From: Podarcis erhardii
Lineage: Eukaryota
Strand: one strand, 5' to 3'
Assembly: GCA_964252035.1 (NCBI GenBank)
Contig: OZ176203.1
DNA length: 64,000 nt
Below are positions 61,701-64,000 of the stretch, in pieces. A program made the position numbers and the translations under genes. Within the stretch, counting starts at the first letter, position 1. Every line of letters starts with the position of its first letter. The notes beneath the pieces are model-generated. The model saw nothing but the letters and a program-made list of their open reading frames with translations. It made no database searches and had not been told where the DNA came from.

Positions 61701-61741
61701 ATCTGAAGGCAGCCCTGTTCAGGGAAGTTTTTAATATGTGA
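58709..61741 (+). CDS. L2 LINE endonuclease (APE/EEP) + reverse transcriptase ORF, ~1,010 aa, no stops or frameshifts
   Basis: EN motifs (LLCNARS, ACVTETWL, LLVYRPP, VLGDFN, SDH). RT motifs (NYRPVSNL, QSGFR, LDLSAAFDT, GVPQGSVLSP, YADD). L2-type C-terminus (SRLDYCN...HWLPV...LWNALP). First in-frame ATG is 58709. Confidence 0.93.
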   Translation: MAGICFTGGNALGQPISVITGRRRSYAKTRPCHYRGGRFSRCLRTIPASGSGPDRMNTRISKGYPHDLKVLLCNARSMIHKTTAIHDLIMDGGLDLACVTETWLDEADGPVLAAACPPGFSYAQQPRSCGRGGGVAVIFRKSLVCTRRPIGKTQFSECMFWKLGNRGSTGFLLVYRPPRCTKDSLPELLQVVADVLLETPSLVVLGDFNIHADTTLQGAARDFVESMASMGLSLNKSDPTHSRGHALDLVFTSTDVGDLTLSKSETKEVPWSDHFLVQLDFSATHPLCREVGPIRMVRPRHLMDPNGFQRVVGDALSHVDGLSADSLVARWNVELTRAIDCLAPKRPLRLHEAQRAPWFSTDLRAMKQSLRRLERRWRITHSESDRTRVRAQRRAYQVAIATAKKTFFTASIASAENSSRRLFQVVRNLAEPPVTSGPSTGHMFSCNDFANFFADKIAQIREEVDSTVGAGPGRESARVLSGQVVWDQFQSVTSEDVDRLLGRVKPTTCLLDPCPSWLIKASREGLGDGLRGVVNASLREGAFPDPLKEAVIKPLLKKPSLDAATMANYRPVSNLPFLGKVIERVVAEQLQARLEEADHLDPFQSGFRPHHGTETALVTLVDDLRRARDKGESCFLVLLDLSAAFDTIDHDILLDRLEGLGAGGTVIQWFRSFLLGRVQKVVVGDECSDPWPLTCGVPQGSVLSPMLFNIYMQPLGGIIRRFGLGVHQYADDTQLYLSFKSEPVKAVKVLCECLEAVGGWMAANRLRLNPDKTEVLFWGDRRRAGVEDSLVLNGVTVPLKDQVRSLGVILDSQLSMEAQVKSVSRAAVYQLHLVRRLRPYLPADCLARVVHALVISRLDYCNALYVGLPLKVTRKLQLIQNAAARLVTGSSHRDHITPVLKDLHWLPVRFRAQFKVLVLTFKALNGLGPVYLKEHLLPHRSARTLRSSSEGLLAVPSLRESKLQGTRQRAFSVVAPALWNALPSDVKAMDNYLTFRRHLKAALFREVFNM

Positions 61742-61826
61742 CATTTTAGTGTATTTTTTATCTCTGTTGGAAGCCGCCCAGAGTGGCTGGGGAAACCCAG
61801 CCAGATGGGCGGGGTACAAATAATAA

Positions 61827-61827
<1 letters not shown>

Positions 61828-61880
<53 letters not shown>
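61828..61880 (+). repeat. (TTA)n microsatellite tail of the L2 element
   Basis: About 17-18 perfect units immediately after the L2 3' UTR. Confidence 0.95.
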
Positions 61881-61881
<1 letters not shown>

Positions 61882-61964
61882 CGATGTCCCGGCTTTGCGG
61901 GAAATTGGCTCAAGACTGGCAGGTGTTGTGCTTGACCGTTGTCTCACTTTTCCTCGCCCCTCAG

Positions 61965-62171
61965 ATGGAGAAGGCCAAGACCCACTACGACGCAAAGAAG
62001 CAACAAAACCAGGAGCTGCTTGAGAGACTGGGAGTCCTGGAGGAGGTGGAGAGGGAGAACGCGGAGCTGAAGGCCAAATCAGAGCGCCTTATGAAGGAGC
62101 AGCAGGATTTGGTGAGGCAGATGCAGGAGGCCCAGCTCACCTCCAAGAACCTCTGCAGCCTCGAGGCACAG
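61965..62171 (+). CDS. NUMA1: NuMA coding exon 17, MEKAKTHYDAKKQQNQELL...CSLEAQ
   Basis: cctcAG / GTAGGG, 207 nt. MEKAKTHYDAKKQQNQEL is identical to the recalled human sequence. Confidence 0.97.
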
Positions 62172-62477
62172 GTAGGGCCGAGGGGCGGTGGCTGAGGAGG
62201 CAGGGTGTGTGTCCACAGCAGGGCCCAGTCATTTCCATTCCAGGCCCTGCCCACCCACCTGCATTTCCCCTTGCAAGAAGGATCTGTGGGGTCCCTAGGT
62301 GCAGGAGGCACTCCTGGGCAGGTTAGATTCCCAGATAATTCAGTTTTTGGCAAAGATCAGGAGGGCTGTGGCTCAGTGGTAGAGCATCTGCTTTGCATGC
62401 AGAAAGTGCAGAGGCATTTGTAGGTGGTGGGAAAGGCCCTCCACCTGAGACTCCAAAGAGCCAGATGAAATCCTATG

Positions 62478-62780
62478 AGGGGTCCTTGGAGGCCTGCTAG
62501 TCCAACCCCCTGCTCACTGCAAGGAGCCCAGGGTTAGAGCACACCCCACCAGCACATGCATGACACGCTAGCCTCTACATGAAGACCTCCAGTGAGGGGG
62601 AGGCTCCACCAGCCCTCTGCGTAATCCCCACAAGGGCTTTTCTCCCAAGTTTTCCTCTGGAATCTGCCCTCCTGAAACTGAAGTCCTTGGAAACCTCATC
62701 TGGGGCAGCAGAGAGCGAGCCTTGGCCCTTGGAGCAGACAATGCTGGGCCAGAGGGACCCAGCCTGACTTGGGCTAAGGC
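62478..62780 (-). mobile_element. Degenerate CR1 3' fragment
   Basis: CTAGTCCAACCCCCTGCTC...GAAGACCTCCAGTGAGGGGGAG motifs. Similar short remnants at ~6250-6390, ~21620-21680, ~44575-44690 and ~57470-57530. Confidence 0.6.
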
Positions 62781-63887
62781 AGCTTCCTGTGCACATGAGA
62801 GTGGGCGGGGCTCCACAGGTGTTGAGAGGAAGCAGGGAAGGACACACCAGCCCCAAAAACCAAGGTATGCATGGAGGGGAACGCTTGGGCATGCCAGATG
62901 CCACCGGTGGAATCCTTGGTGCCTGTGGCTGAGAATTAAGCTCCTGTCTCCAGGAGAGCCCCTGCAAGTCACAGCAGGCAAGACTGGGCGAGGGGAATCA
63001 AGCATCTGCTCTGAGGCTGTGGCTGCCTCCTTGTATGGTGTTAAGTGCCTTTGTAATTAGGCAAATAACATGGTAAATGGCTCGTGGTAGGTTTCCAGGA
63101 CCTGCCCAGTGGTGTCTTGAAGTTGGTGAGAAGGGCTGGTGCAAAGTTGAGTAGGACAGTAGCGTGGGTGGGTGACCTGCACCAACAATCTCTATACTTT
63201 CTGTGCTAAGTGATGCTTAAGCGGCCCCCCACCCCCCGGCTTCTTGAACTGGGAAGCCACTGCCCCCCAAACTGGCAAAGAATCGGCCATGTGAGCTAGC
63301 CACTTCTGACAGACAACCTCTCCCCCATAATATAACAAGCCCATATTGTGTGAATGCTTCCCCCTTTGTAGCGTAGTCTTCCTGGCTAAGATGCAAAGCT
63401 TTAATAACTTGGAACCATCCTTTCAAACTTGGTGCTGCTTAATCTTAGACTTGCCCTAGAACTGAAGTTGAAAAACCTTCTGCCATATGCACAGAGCAGA
63501 GCAGCAGGCAAAGCACACCCTGCATATATCATCAAGGAAACGGAAAGTTCTGTGCGTCATGTATCTTAGCCTGTTTTCTGTACCCCAGGGATGAAGCCCA
63601 GGTGTTGCTGGGCTTCAAATCCCTCCAGCTCTAGCCAGGAAGCCAAAGGACATGGGGTGATGGGCGCTGGAGTCCAGCAACCTCTGGAGAGCCATGGGTT
63701 CCCATGCTTAGTATATATAGCAACATATTTACCTGCAACTGAAGTGAGGTGGACTTAGCCCAGTTACGTAGATGCATGCAAAGTAACATTTAATTAGCCA
63801 TTTTGGTTCTAGCGGGTCTCTTGACTTCCTTGGTGCGCGTCTTGCTCGTGGCACCTTGCCCCTTACCGTTAACCAACCCAAACGCAG

Positions 63888-64000
63888 GTGGAGTTTGCAG
63901 ATCGCCAGCTGCGAGAGCAGGGCAAGTTCCAGCTGGCCACAGATTCATTAAAAAGCCGCATCACCTTCCAGGAAAGCCCAGCCGACGTCAGCACAGACAG
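63888..64000 (+). CDS. NUMA1: NuMA coding exon 18 (runs off the window), VEFADRQLREQGKFQLATDSLKSRITFQESPADVSTD
   Basis: aacgcAG acceptor 63886-87. Homologous to VAHADQQLRDLGKFQVATDALKSR. Confidence 0.93.
   Translation, partial: MEFADRQLREQGKFQLATDSLKSRITFQESPADVSTD

Larger units (their letters stand above)
58570..61880 (+). mobile_element. Near/full-length L2-clade LINE in a NUMA1 intron (sense)
   Basis: T-rich 5' region, single long ORF, short 3' UTR with stem-loop (61774-61812) and (TTA)n tail to 61880. No TSD found; 5' boundary approximate. Confidence 0.9.

Noticed and set aside
61805-62023. ORF with a poly-tyrosine run
   Set aside because: Translation of the (TTA)n L2 tail.

Overview
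Eukaryotic, repeat-rich genomic DNA from a squamate reptile, probably a lacertid lizard. The taxon is inferred from Sauria SINEs, BovB, CR1, L2 and lizard-type MITEs. The main gene is NUMA1 on the + strand. It has a CpG-island promoter and probable non-coding first exon (~15.6-17.2 kb) and 18 coding exons from ATG 30792 to beyond the window end. These exons have canonical GT-AG junctions and a continuous reading frame of ~1,718 codons, including a 3,390-nt coiled-coil exon. An intact ~1,010-codon L2 LINE (endonuclease + reverse transcriptase) lies in sense orientation in a NUMA1 intron. The rest is LINE fragments, SINEs, TA-targeting and hAT MITEs and a solo LTR, often nested. The best unexplained signal is a ~1.3-kb stretch (~4.4-5.7 kb) with several long inverted repeats whose imperfect pairs are mostly G-U on the + strand, a candidate structured RNA or miRNA cluster. 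Also notable: a 14-bp duplication across the donor of the NUMA1 cassette exon, and candidate minus-strand exons of an unidentified divergent transcript. No database search or folding program was run; family names and human comparisons come from recalled sequences.
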